A DNA stretch of 32,000 nt, from assembly GCF_001735745.1 (NCBI RefSeq), contig NZ_CP017260.1:1530001-1562000 (forward strand). The letters run 5' to 3'. Positions 9,516-17,683 of this stretch are shown here, in pieces. Within the stretch, counting starts at the first letter, position 1. Every line of letters starts with the position of its first letter. The stretch comes from Formosa sp. Hel1_33_131. Lineage in GTDB: Bacteria > Bacteroidota > Bacteroidia > Flavobacteriales > Flavobacteriaceae. The notes beneath the pieces are model-generated. The model was not told the origin of the DNA. It was given only the letters and a program-made list of their open reading frames with translations, and did not search any database. Both the position numbers and the translations under genes were made by a program.

Positions 9516-10007
9516 ATGCAAAGGGTTGCTCTAAGATTTATTTTTTTCATCATGATTATGGGCTGTGCTAGTAAATACAACCTTGAACCAAACACCATAA
9601 TAAATACAAAAGAGTCGTATTATACGGAATGGAGCTCCCCTGTTAGAGACGGAGGTTCTGGGTATTCGACCTACATCGTTTTAGATGAAAAACTGGATTT
9701 AAATACCAAACAAATTGAAATTCAAGGGATCTATTTTCAAGATAAATACAGTGCTCTCAAATATCAAAAACCGCGTTTTTATCAGGGATTTATAAAAAAA
9801 AAAGCCAGCACCAATACTTTTGAAATGGATGAAGGAATGAGTCCCCCCTCGGATAAAGAAGCCGTTAACGAGGACATTCCATTCAAACTGACAGATCAAG
9901 AAGCGGTAATCGTTTATAAAGTCAAAAATGCTCTGAAATATATTAAAATAGGACTTCATAAAAAGGAAACTTTAGTATTTCCTATGTATAACAATAATAG
10001 TTTTTAA
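9516..10007 (+). CDS. Small lipoprotein of unknown function (163 aa), probably co-transcribed with the upstream propeller gene
   Basis: Lipoprotein signal MQRVALRFIFFIMIMGC. Only 10 nt separate it from the upstream stop. A terminator follows directly. No family recognised. Confidence 0.6.
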   Translation: MQRVALRFIFFIMIMGCASKYNLEPNTIINTKESYYTEWSSPVRDGGSGYSTYIVLDEKLDLNTKQIEIQGIYFQDKYSALKYQKPRFYQGFIKKKASTNTFEMDEGMSPPSDKEAVNEDIPFKLTDQEAVIVYKVKNALKYIKIGLHKKETLVFPMYNNNSF

Positions 10008-10014
10008 AAAAGGT

Positions 10015-10047
10015 ATCGTCTAAAAAGTAATTTTAGACGATTTTTTT
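10015..10047 (+). terminator. Rho-independent terminator ending the propeller-1/lipoprotein unit
   Basis: Perfect 11-bp stem ATCGTCTAAAA (10015-10025) / TTTTAGACGAT (10031-10041), loop AGTAA, followed by a T-run to 10047. Confidence 0.75.
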
Positions 10048-10166
10048 CGTGGTTATCAATCAATTAGGAATTTACAGGGTATTTGAACACAATTTTTTCT
10101 AGAGTCATTTTTTTTTTTTGTAGCTTGCACCTAACCAATTTGCTTTTGTAATAAAAACTAAATCTT

Positions 10167-13100
10167 ATGAAAAAGCACTACACACTAGTATTTATTTTAG
10201 CATTCTTAGTTTCTTTAGGATGCTTTTTACTCAACAATAACACAACCACTGCCGAGACAGTGAGAGTCAAACACAAAACATTTTTAGACAACAGTCCCTT
10301 TAAAGAGACCAAAGGACTTACTAAAACACAGCGAAAAGCGAAAAGCTTACCGCCCAATGCTTATTTTGAAGAAGAGTGGGAGCTTACAATGAATCCCGAA
10401 AAGGGACGTCCAACTCCTGAAAATTTAGAGGACATACGCGAGCAGCTTAATGCAGAGATGTCTGAAAGAGTCCCAGGAGATGCAGCCGACAATAATTGGA
10501 TCTCAAGAGGTCCAGACAACGTAGGTGGTAGAACCAGAGCCATTATGTTTGATCCAAACGACGCCACAAATGAAACTGTTTTTGCAGGAGGTGTGAGTGG
10601 AGGTCTTTGGAAAAACACAAACATTTCCAATGCAAACTCAACTTGGACTCGTGTTAACATCCCTGAAAACTTAAACATTTCTACGATCATTTCAGACCCT
10701 AACAGCTCGACTACATTTTATATAGGTACTGGAGAATCGTATGTTGCGGGCGATGTAAACGGGGATGGTGTATGGAAATCTTCTGATTCAGGTGCGACTT
10801 GGACTAAAATATTCGGAGGTATTTCAGGCGCCACTAGTTTTCAGTCGGCATCTGATATTACAGTAAATTCACCCGCTGGAATTGCAGGAAATTACCAATC
10901 ATTTCCAACCACAGCATTTGGACCAACTATTACAGCTACTCTTACCGCAGATCTGATTTTAGCAAACGACCCTACTGGGGTTGCTACAGAAGCTTGTAAC
11001 GCTTTTGGAGCCACGGTAACTGGAAAAATTGCCGTCATACGAAGAGGTAATTGTAATTTTACTGATAAAGTGAAAAATGCTCAAAACTCAGGAGCTATTG
11101 GCGTTATTATGATGAATAATGTAGATGGTGCTCCCGTTCCAATGGGAGGGACAGACTCTACAATTACAATTTCATCCGTCATGATTTCAAAAGCGGACGG
11201 AGATATTTTAGAAACCGCCTTAAATGCAGGAACGGTGAATGGGTCTCTAAATCTTGCAGCCGGAACTTTCACTGGGAATTTAGTTCCAGGGATCCAACAT
11301 ATTAATGACATGAAAATCAGGAACAATTCAGGCGTTTCTGAGTTGTACGTTGCAGCTGGGGACACTTTTTATGGGACTGCCAATGCGACCACATATCTCG
11401 GCGGCCCTGAGTATGGACTCTACAAGTCCGTTGATGGAGGTGCAAATTGGTCTGAAGTTTCAATGCCGTTAACGGCTAACAACCGAAAGCATTGCCCGAA
11501 TGATATAGAGATTGCTTCCGACAATAAGATTTGGGTATCTACAACAGAAAGTGCTTTATTTGAGGAAGGCGGAGGAGTAATATTTTCCTCAACGGATGGA
11601 GTTACCTTTACAACAGCTTATACGGTTCCAGATGCAGACCGAACACAAATAGCAGTTTCTAGTACCACAGCAAATAAAGTGTACGTTTTAGCGGAAACTT
11701 CGACAGGGGTTACAATGAGACGAACAACAACGGGTTTTGTACCCGCATCTACCGTCGTAAATATCACCCCTCCAAATGATGCAGATACTGGGATTTCTGC
11801 AGCAGATTTCACAAGGGGGCAAGCATTTTATGACTTAATGCTTGAAGTGGATCCAACCAATGATGACATTGTTTTTGCAGGTGGAATCGATGCCTTTAAA
11901 TCTTCGAATCAAGGGATTACTTGGGATCAATTAACTCATTGGTATGGGGGATTTGGATTCCAGGATATGCACGCCGATCAACATGCAGCAACCTTTGCAC
12001 CTAATGACAATAATAAAATGTTGTTTTCTAATGATGGAGGCGTATTTTACTCGAGTAATGGCGGCACAACTATTTCGGAAAGAAATAAAGGACTTATTAC
12101 CGGTCAGTTTTACACGGTAGGCGTAGGACCTACCACGGCGTTCCCTACTGGGGATGTCTTTCAGGAGGCTTACAAGATAATGGCACCCAGTTATTTCAAA
12201 ATGCATCAACTACTGGACCAGATAGCACTACCGAACCTTATGGTGGCGACGGGGCTTACACCTTCTTTGATCAAGATGGCGCCGACCGCTATTTTATAAG
12301 AAACTATGTATTTAATCAAGGAATTAATTTATATAATTTTGACGGTGCAAACGTGACCATTAATAGTGAAGGCACAAATAATGGTTCCTTCATCAACCCT
12401 GGTGCATTAGACTCTAATTTGGATATCTTATATACCAATTACAGTACAACCGCAAATGGAAATTTAATTAGAAGGTATTCTGGAATTAAAACGCAGTGGA
12501 CACTTACTAAAACCACTTTATCGGATGCAAGCTTTGATAACCGACCAACAGCCTTTACTGTTTCGCCACATACGACTACTTCTTCGACCTTGTTTGTAGG
12601 AACGGTTCTTGGGGATGTTTTTAAAATCACCAATGCCAATACAACTCCTATTTGGACTGAAATAGAATTGCAAAATGTCATCGTTGGGAGTATCTCTGAT
12701 ATTGAAGTAGGAGCTTCAGAAAATGAAATTTTTGTAACCATTCATAACTATGGCGTAGAAAGTATTTGGTACACAAACAACGGTGGAACCTCTTGGGTAG
12801 CAAAAGAAGGAAATCTGCCAGATATGCCTGTGAAATCTATTTTACAAAACCCATTGAACTCAGAAGAAGTCATTATAGGCACAGAACTAGGAGTTTGGTA
12901 CACGAATAATTTCTCATCGGCATCTCCTAGATGGTCTTCCTCTTTTAATGGAATGAGGAATGTAAAAGTATTGGATCTGGATGTTAGAAATGATAATATG
13001 GTTTTTGCAGCCACCTATGGAAGAGGCGTTTTTTCTGGGATGTTTACTGCAGCACCGCTTAGTGTCAATGAAGAAGATGTATTTGCGAATGCAATCAAAC

Positions 13101-13327
13101 TATTCCCAACAATTTCTAGCGGACAATTCACCCTAATATCTACCAAAACCGTTGGATCAACGCAAGTGGATATCTATTCCATTGCAGGAAAGAACGTCTA
13201 TGAGACCAAGGTTGATATACAACAAGGTTTAAGAAAAGAATTTGATCTGAATTTAAATCCGGGGATGTATTTAGTTAAGTTGAAAGGATCTAATTTTGAG
13301 ACCACCAAACGGATCATCATTCAGTAA
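10167..13327 (+). pseudogene. BNR/Asp-box beta-propeller protein with an inserted PA (protease-associated) domain and a T9SS C-terminal domain, paralog 2, interrupted by a 1-nt frameshift near 12159-12161 (intact length would be about 1053 aa)
   Basis: ORFs 10167..12299 and 12353..13327 belong to one gene. Frame A reads ...GQFYTVGVGPTTAFPTGDVF, then nonsense (QEAYKIMAPSYF...stop). The downstream ORF's frame is open back to at least 12152 and from 12161 reads SGGLQDNGTQLFQNASTTGPDSTTEPYGGDGAYTFFDQDG... This aligns with paralog 1 (..NIVIGGAQDNGTTRGG..). Restoring one T in GTCTTTCAGG (TTT to TTTT) rejoins the frames. Asp-boxes: SSDSGATWTKI, SVDGGANWSEV, SSNQGITWDQL, TNNGGTSWVAK. The T9SS CTD is at about 13094-13324. 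Confidence 0.75.
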
Positions 13328-13346
13328 TAATCGACAGATATTATTT

Positions 13347-13378
13347 AAAAAAGGAAAGCATCGCTTTCCTTTTTTTTT
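13347..13378. terminator. Bidirectional rho-independent terminator between propeller paralog 2 and dxs
   Basis: A6, stem GGAAAGC (13353-13359), loop ATC, GCTTTCC (13363-13369), T9 (13370-13378). It lies between convergent stops at 13327 and 13382. Confidence 0.75.
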
Positions 13379-13381
13379 GCC

Positions 13382-15136
13382 TTATAATTTTGATTGGATA
13401 TATTTCCTCAAACTATCAGTGTCCAGATTTAACGTTTTATGCAAGAGACTTACAGATCCATGCTCTATAAACGCATCTGGAATCCCTTTTACAATTACAT
13501 CATTTTTATAACTGTGAGTAGCTGCAAACTCTAAAACAGCAGTCCCAAAACCGCCGCTTACTACACCGTCCTCTAGGGTTATCAGAGTTGAATGGCTCTT
13601 AAAGATAGAATGCAACAATGGTTCATCCAATGGTTTTACAAAGCGCATATCATAGTGCGCACAATTGAGTCCATTGATGGCCTTTGAAACCGTATTAGAA
13701 ACCGTCCCTACACTTAAAATAGCAAGCTCATCTCCTTGTTCTAATTGAACCCCAGTTCCAATCTCAATAGATTCAAACTCTGATTTCCAATCTGGCGTCA
13801 CCCCTCTACCTCTCGGGTATCGAATTGCAATCGGATGTTTCAGCCCTTTTTGTGCCGTATACATGATGTTCCGTAATTCTTCCTCATTCCTTGGAGCAAC
13901 AATGATGAGGTTTGGAATACAGCGTAGATAAGCCAAATCAAACACCCCATGGTGAGTGGCACCATCTTCGCCAACCAGTCCAGCACGATCAATACAAAAA
14001 ATAACAGCTAAGTTTTGCAGCGCAACATCATGAATGATTTGATCATACGCCCGTTGTAAAAAAGTTGAATAGATGTTACAAAACGGAATCAATCCTTGCG
14101 TTGCCATCCCTGCAGCCATTGTGACGGCGTGTTGTTCCGCAATGCCCACATCAAACGCACGTTCCGGAAGTGCCTCCATCATATACTTAAGCGAACTTCC
14201 CGTTGGCATCGCAGGAGTGATGCCAACAATCGCCTTATTTTCTCTTGCCAATTCGACAAGTGTTAATCCAAATACATCTTGATATTTCGGAGGAAGGTCT
14301 TTACTGTTCTTAGAAATTAAATCGCCTGTAGTTGCGTCAAATTTTCCTGGCGCATGGTATTTTACTTGATCCTTTTCAGCCTGCTTTAACCCCTTTCCTT
14401 TGGTGGTAATTATATGTAAGAACTTAGGGCCTTTGATGGTTTTTAGGCGATCTAATTCTTTAATAAGAGCTTCCATGTCGTGGCCGTCAACAGGGCCAGA
14501 ATATTCAAAATTCAGAGCTTCAAATATATTATCTTGTTTTTGAGTGCCTTTTTTTACATTCGTTAAATACTGTTTCAAAGCACCCACACTTGGATCGATT
14601 CCAATGGCATTATCATTTAAAATAACCAATAAATTAGCTGAAGTGACCCCAGCATGATTCAGTCCTTCAAACGCCATTCCACTTGCGATAGAGGCATCGC
14701 CAATCACGGCAATGTGCTGTCTGTTTTCACCTTTTAATTGAGAGGCAATCGCCATTCCTAAAGCCGCAGAAATAGAGGTGGATGAATGTCCAGTGCCAAA
14801 CGTGTCATACACACTTTCTTCACGTTTTGGAAACCCACTAAGCCCTTTATATTGTCGGTTGGTATGAAACTCCGCTTTACGTCCGGTCAAAATTTTATGC
14901 CCATAAGCTTGATGGCCTACATCCCAAATCAATAAATCATCAGGAGTGTTAAACACATAATGCAATGCAATGGTAAGTTCTACCACGCCAAGACTTGCGC
15001 CTAAATGCCCTTCTTTAGTCGCAACAATCTCTATAATAAACTGCCTTAATTCTGTTGCAAGCTGCCGTAAATCATCTGCTGAAAGCCGACGTAAATCCGA
15101 TGGGGAATTGATATGTTCTAGTAAATTTTTTAACAC
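13382..15136 (-). CDS. dxs: 1-deoxy-D-xylulose-5-phosphate synthase
   Basis: Full-length match to the Dxs pattern: TPP-binding GDASIASGMAFEGLNHAG, GHSSTSISAALGMA, and transketolase-like pyrimidine and C-terminal domains. I prefer the GTG start at 15136 (MLKNLLEHINSP...) because an exact -7 box sits 4 nt upstream. The ORF-track TTG at 15151 overlaps that box. Confidence 0.93.
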   Translation of the reverse strand: MLKNLLEHINSPSDLRRLSADDLRQLATELRQFIIEIVATKEGHLGASLGVVELTIALHYVFNTPDDLLIWDVGHQAYGHKILTGRKAEFHTNRQYKGLSGFPKREESVYDTFGTGHSSTSISAALGMAIASQLKGENRQHIAVIGDASIASGMAFEGLNHAGVTSANLLVILNDNAIGIDPSVGALKQYLTNVKKGTQKQDNIFEALNFEYSGPVDGHDMEALIKELDRLKTIKGPKFLHIITTKGKGLKQAEKDQVKYHAPGKFDATTGDLISKNSKDLPPKYQDVFGLTLVELARENKAIVGITPAMPTGSSLKYMMEALPERAFDVGIAEQHAVTMAAGMATQGLIPFCNIYSTFLQRAYDQIIHDVALQNLAVIFCIDRAGLVGEDGATHHGVFDLAYLRCIPNLIIVAPRNEEELRNIMYTAQKGLKHPIAIRYPRGRGVTPDWKSEFESIEIGTGVQLEQGDELAILSVGTVSNTVSKAINGLNCAHYDMRFVKPLDEPLLHSIFKSHSTLITLEDGVVSGGFGTAVLEFAATHSYKNDVIVKGIPDAFIEHGSVSLLHKTLNLDTDSLRKYIQSKL

Positions 15137-15140
15137 ATAG

Positions 15141-15148
15141 CAAAAGTA
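15141..15148 (-). promoter_or_regulatory. -7 promoter box (TACTTTTG on the minus strand), 4 nt upstream of the dxs GTG start
   Basis: The minus strand reads TACTTTTG-CTAT-GTG, an exact TAnnTTTG match. Confidence 0.5.
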
Positions 15149-15162
15149 CAAGATTGAAATCG

Positions 15163-15170
15163 TATTTTTG
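15163..15170 (+). promoter_or_regulatory. -7 promoter box (TATTTTTG), 4 nt upstream of the tadA ATG
   Basis: The plus strand reads TATTTTTG-ACTT-ATG, an exact TAnnTTTG match. Confidence 0.5.
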
Positions 15171-15174
15171 ACTT

Positions 15175-15624
15175 ATGAATGCTATTTTTGACGACGATTA
15201 TTTTATGCTAAAGGCACTTCAAGAAGCGGAAGCAGCTTTTGATAAAGGAGAAATTCCAGTAGGAGCGGTGATTGTGGTTGATAACAGAATCATTGCACGA
15301 GCCCACAATCTTACAGAACTTTTGAATGATGTGACTGCGCATGCAGAAATGCAGGCTATCACGGCTGCTGCTAATTTTTTAGGGGGAAAGTATCTAACTA
15401 ATTGCACTCTATATGTGACTCTAGAACCCTGTCAAATGTGTGCAGGGGCTTTGTATTGGAGTCAAATTTCAACCATCGTATATGGTGCAAAAGACGAACA
15501 TCGGGGATGTGGTGTGATGGGTACAAAACTACATCCAAGAACCATCTTAAGAGGCGGTGTTTTAGCCAATGAAGCGTCGGAATTGATGAAACGATTTTTT
15601 ATTGAAAGACGAAATTTGAACTAA
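15175..15624 (+). CDS. tadA: tRNA-specific adenosine(34) deaminase
   Basis: CMP/dCMP-type zinc deaminase motifs HAEMQAI and PCQMCAGAL. Typical size of 149 aa. Confidence 0.9.
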   Translation: MNAIFDDDYFMLKALQEAEAAFDKGEIPVGAVIVVDNRIIARAHNLTELLNDVTAHAEMQAITAAANFLGGKYLTNCTLYVTLEPCQMCAGALYWSQISTIVYGAKDEHRGCGVMGTKLHPRTILRGGVLANEASELMKRFFIERRNLN

Positions 15625-15627
15625 CGA

Positions 15628-15864
15628 CTAAGACTTTTTAGAGTCATTAAATTCTCGCATTTTGTCTAGATTCTCTTGAGTGAGCATATAATCCGCCACC
15701 TTTTTATCTTTCCAGCGGTAATAAGAAAACAATGGAAATACCACGGCACACAACCCAATCACACCAAATCCCACCAGTTTTTTTGAATAAGGGAAGTCCA
15801 CAATCAGTCCTGTGAACATACTGATCATCGTTGCAATAAATAAAACCCAAATCAAGTATTTCAT
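15628..15864 (-). CDS. Small two-pass membrane protein (78 aa), probably co-transcribed downstream of aspS
   Basis: Two hydrophobic segments (LIWVLFIATMISMFTGLIV, LVGFGVIGLCAVVFPLF) and a charged C-terminal tail. Starts 16 nt after the aspS stop. No family recognised. Confidence 0.5.
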   Translation of the reverse strand: MKYLIWVLFIATMISMFTGLIVDFPYSKKLVGFGVIGLCAVVFPLFSYYRWKDKKVADYMLTQENLDKMREFNDSKKS

Positions 15865-15879
15865 TTTATGAATGTCGTA

Positions 15880-17631
15880 TTATTTTAAGTTTACTTTTAA
15901 GTGTAACTCCTTTAATTGTGTTTCATCTATGGCAGATGGTGCATCAATCATCACATCACGTCCAGAATTGTTTTTTGGAAAGGCGATAAAATCACGGATG
16001 GTTTCTTGCCCTCCTAAGATGGCTACCAAACGGTCCAATCCAAACGCCAATCCACCGTGTGGTGGTGCGCCATATTCAAAGGCATTCATCAAAAATCCAA
16101 ACTGCTCTTTTGCCTCTTCTGGTGTAAATCCAAGATGGTCAAACATCAACGCTTGTGTGGCTTTGTCGTGGATACGAATCGAGCCACCTCCAATTTCATT
16201 TCCATTTAAAACCAAGTCATAAGCATTTGCTTTTACCGCACCTGGATCGGTATCTAATAACTTAATTTGATCTGGTTTTGGTGCAGTAAATGGGTGGTGC
16301 ATCGCATGGTAACGCTTGCTATCTTCATCCCATTCTAACAATGGAAAGTCAGTCACCCATAGCGGTGCAAATTCCTTAGGATCTCGAAGTCCTAAACGTT
16401 CAGCAAGTTCCATTCGAAGGGCACTCAATTGCGCTCTCACTTTATCGGTAGGGCCAGAAAGTACACAAACTAAATCTCCTGGATTTGCTCCTGTAATTTT
16501 TGCCCACTGTCCTAAATCGTCTTGATCGTAAAATTTATCGACAGAGGATTTATAAGTTCCATCGTCATTACATCGTGAATAAATCATTCCTAACGCACCA
16601 ATTTGTGGGCGTTTTAACCAGTTGATAATGCCATCAATTTCTTTACGTGTAAAGCTATTTCCTCCCGGAACGGCAATTCCAACGACCAATTCTGCAGCGT
16701 TGAAAACGCCAAAATCTTTATGTTGAGCCACGGCATTTAATTCGCCAAATTGCATTCCAAAACGAATGTCTGGCTTGTCATTTCCGTAAGTTTTAAGGGC
16801 ATCGTCATAAGTCATTCTTGGGAAGGAACTAAGTTCTTTTCCATGAATGGATTTAATAAGGTGACGTGTCAACCCTTCAAAAATATTCAATATATCTTCT
16901 TGTTCCACAAAAGCCATTTCACAATCAATCTGCGTAAATTCAGGTTGTCTGTCGGCTCTTAAATCTTCATCTCTAAAACACTTTACAATCTGGAAATACT
17001 TATCCATGCCCCCAACCATCAACAGTTGTTTAAACGTTTGTGGCGATTGTGGAAGGGCGTAAAATTGACCTTCATTCATTCGGCTTGGGACTACAAAATC
17101 ACGGGCACCTTCGGGTGTTGATTTGATTAAGTAAGGCGTTTCTACTTCTATAAAATCTTGAGAAGACAAAAACGAACGCACTTCTTGTGTGACCTTATGT
17201 CTAAAAATTAAATTGTTTTTTACAGGGTTTCTTCGAATGTCCAAATAGCGGTATTTCATACGAAGTTCCTCGCCACCATCCGTTTGATCTTCAATGGTGA
17301 AAGGGGGTACGATGGCTTCATTTAAAACGGTCAGTTTTGAAACTAAAATTTCAATATCCCCTGTTTCTAAATTTGGATTTTTTGAGCTGCGTTCAATGAC
17401 AGTACCTGTCACTTGAATGACAAATTCACGTCCTAAACTTTTAGCCATGGATACCATCGCCTCTGGAGTCCGATCCGCATCAAAAATAAGTTGTGTAATG
17501 CCGTAGCGATCTCTTAAATCTACCCAGATTACAAATCCTTTATCTCGGGATTTTTGTACCCAACCCGAAAGGGTTACTTCTTCGTTGATATTCGAGGTTC
17601 TTAACTGACCACAATGATGACTTCTGTACAT
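15880..17631 (-). CDS. aspS: Aspartate--tRNA ligase (class II)
   Basis: Anticodon-binding OB fold ([24 protein letters not shown]), class II motifs ([38 protein letters not shown]). 583 aa. Confidence 0.95.
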   Translation of the reverse strand: MYRSHHCGQLRTSNINEEVTLSGWVQKSRDKGFVIWVDLRDRYGITQLIFDADRTPEAMVSMAKSLGREFVIQVTGTVIERSSKNPNLETGDIEILVSKLTVLNEAIVPPFTIEDQTDGGEELRMKYRYLDIRRNPVKNNLIFRHKVTQEVRSFLSSQDFIEVETPYLIKSTPEGARDFVVPSRMNEGQFYALPQSPQTFKQLLMVGGMDKYFQIVKCFRDEDLRADRQPEFTQIDCEMAFVEQEDILNIFEGLTRHLIKSIHGKELSSFPRMTYDDALKTYGNDKPDIRFGMQFGELNAVAQHKDFGVFNAAELVVGIAVPGGNSFTRKEIDGIINWLKRPQIGALGMIYSRCNDDGTYKSSVDKFYDQDDLGQWAKITGANPGDLVCVLSGPTDKVRAQLSALRMELAERLGLRDPKEFAPLWVTDFPLLEWDEDSKRYHAMHHPFTAPKPDQIKLLDTDPGAVKANAYDLVLNGNEIGGGSIRIHDKATQALMFDHLGFTPEEAKEQFGFLMNAFEYGAPPHGGLAFGLDRLVAILGGQETIRDFIAFPKNNSGRDVMIDAPSAIDETQLKELHLKVNLK

Positions 17632-17649
17632 AAGACTAAATTAGTTGGA

Positions 17650-17657
17650 CAAATTTA
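17650..17657 (-). promoter_or_regulatory. -7 promoter box (TAAATTTG on the minus strand) for aspS
   Basis: Exact TAnnTTTG match 18 nt upstream of the aspS ATG, inside the 52-nt gap after the RND gene stop. Confidence 0.45.
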
Positions 17658-17683
17658 ACATTTAAAAATTAAAATCGAGAGGC

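Noticed and set aside
12150-12170. Programmed -1 ribosomal frameshift joining the two halves of propeller paralog 2
   Set aside because: The junction GTC TTT CAG is not an X XXY YYZ slippery heptamer. I see no downstream stem-loop or pseudoknot. A 1-nt indel in a short T-run is the simpler explanation.
13296-13511. 71-aa plus-strand ORF running through the 13347-13378 terminator into the 3' end of dxs
   Set aside because: It spans a terminator hairpin and overlaps dxs antisense. It has no motifs and is a shadow ORF.
15872-16222. 116-aa plus-strand ORF antisense to aspS. Similar antisense ORFs occur inside other genes: 5692-5889, 8172-8441, 9085-9333, 9699-9959, 10361-10690, 11081-11365, 11618-11812, 11931-12209, 12439-12741, 12748-13014, 14073-14282, 15219-15407, 16316-16525, 16750-16962, 17859-20606 (several), 21508-21705, 23558-23743, 26508-26732, 27000-27224, 27964-28170, 28632-29878 (several), 30179-30376 and 30767-31183.
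   Set aside because: All lie wholly inside well-supported genes on the opposite strand or in another frame. Their translations are low-complexity with no recognisable motifs, signal peptides or promoter boxes. They are typical shadow ORFs of an AT-rich genome.
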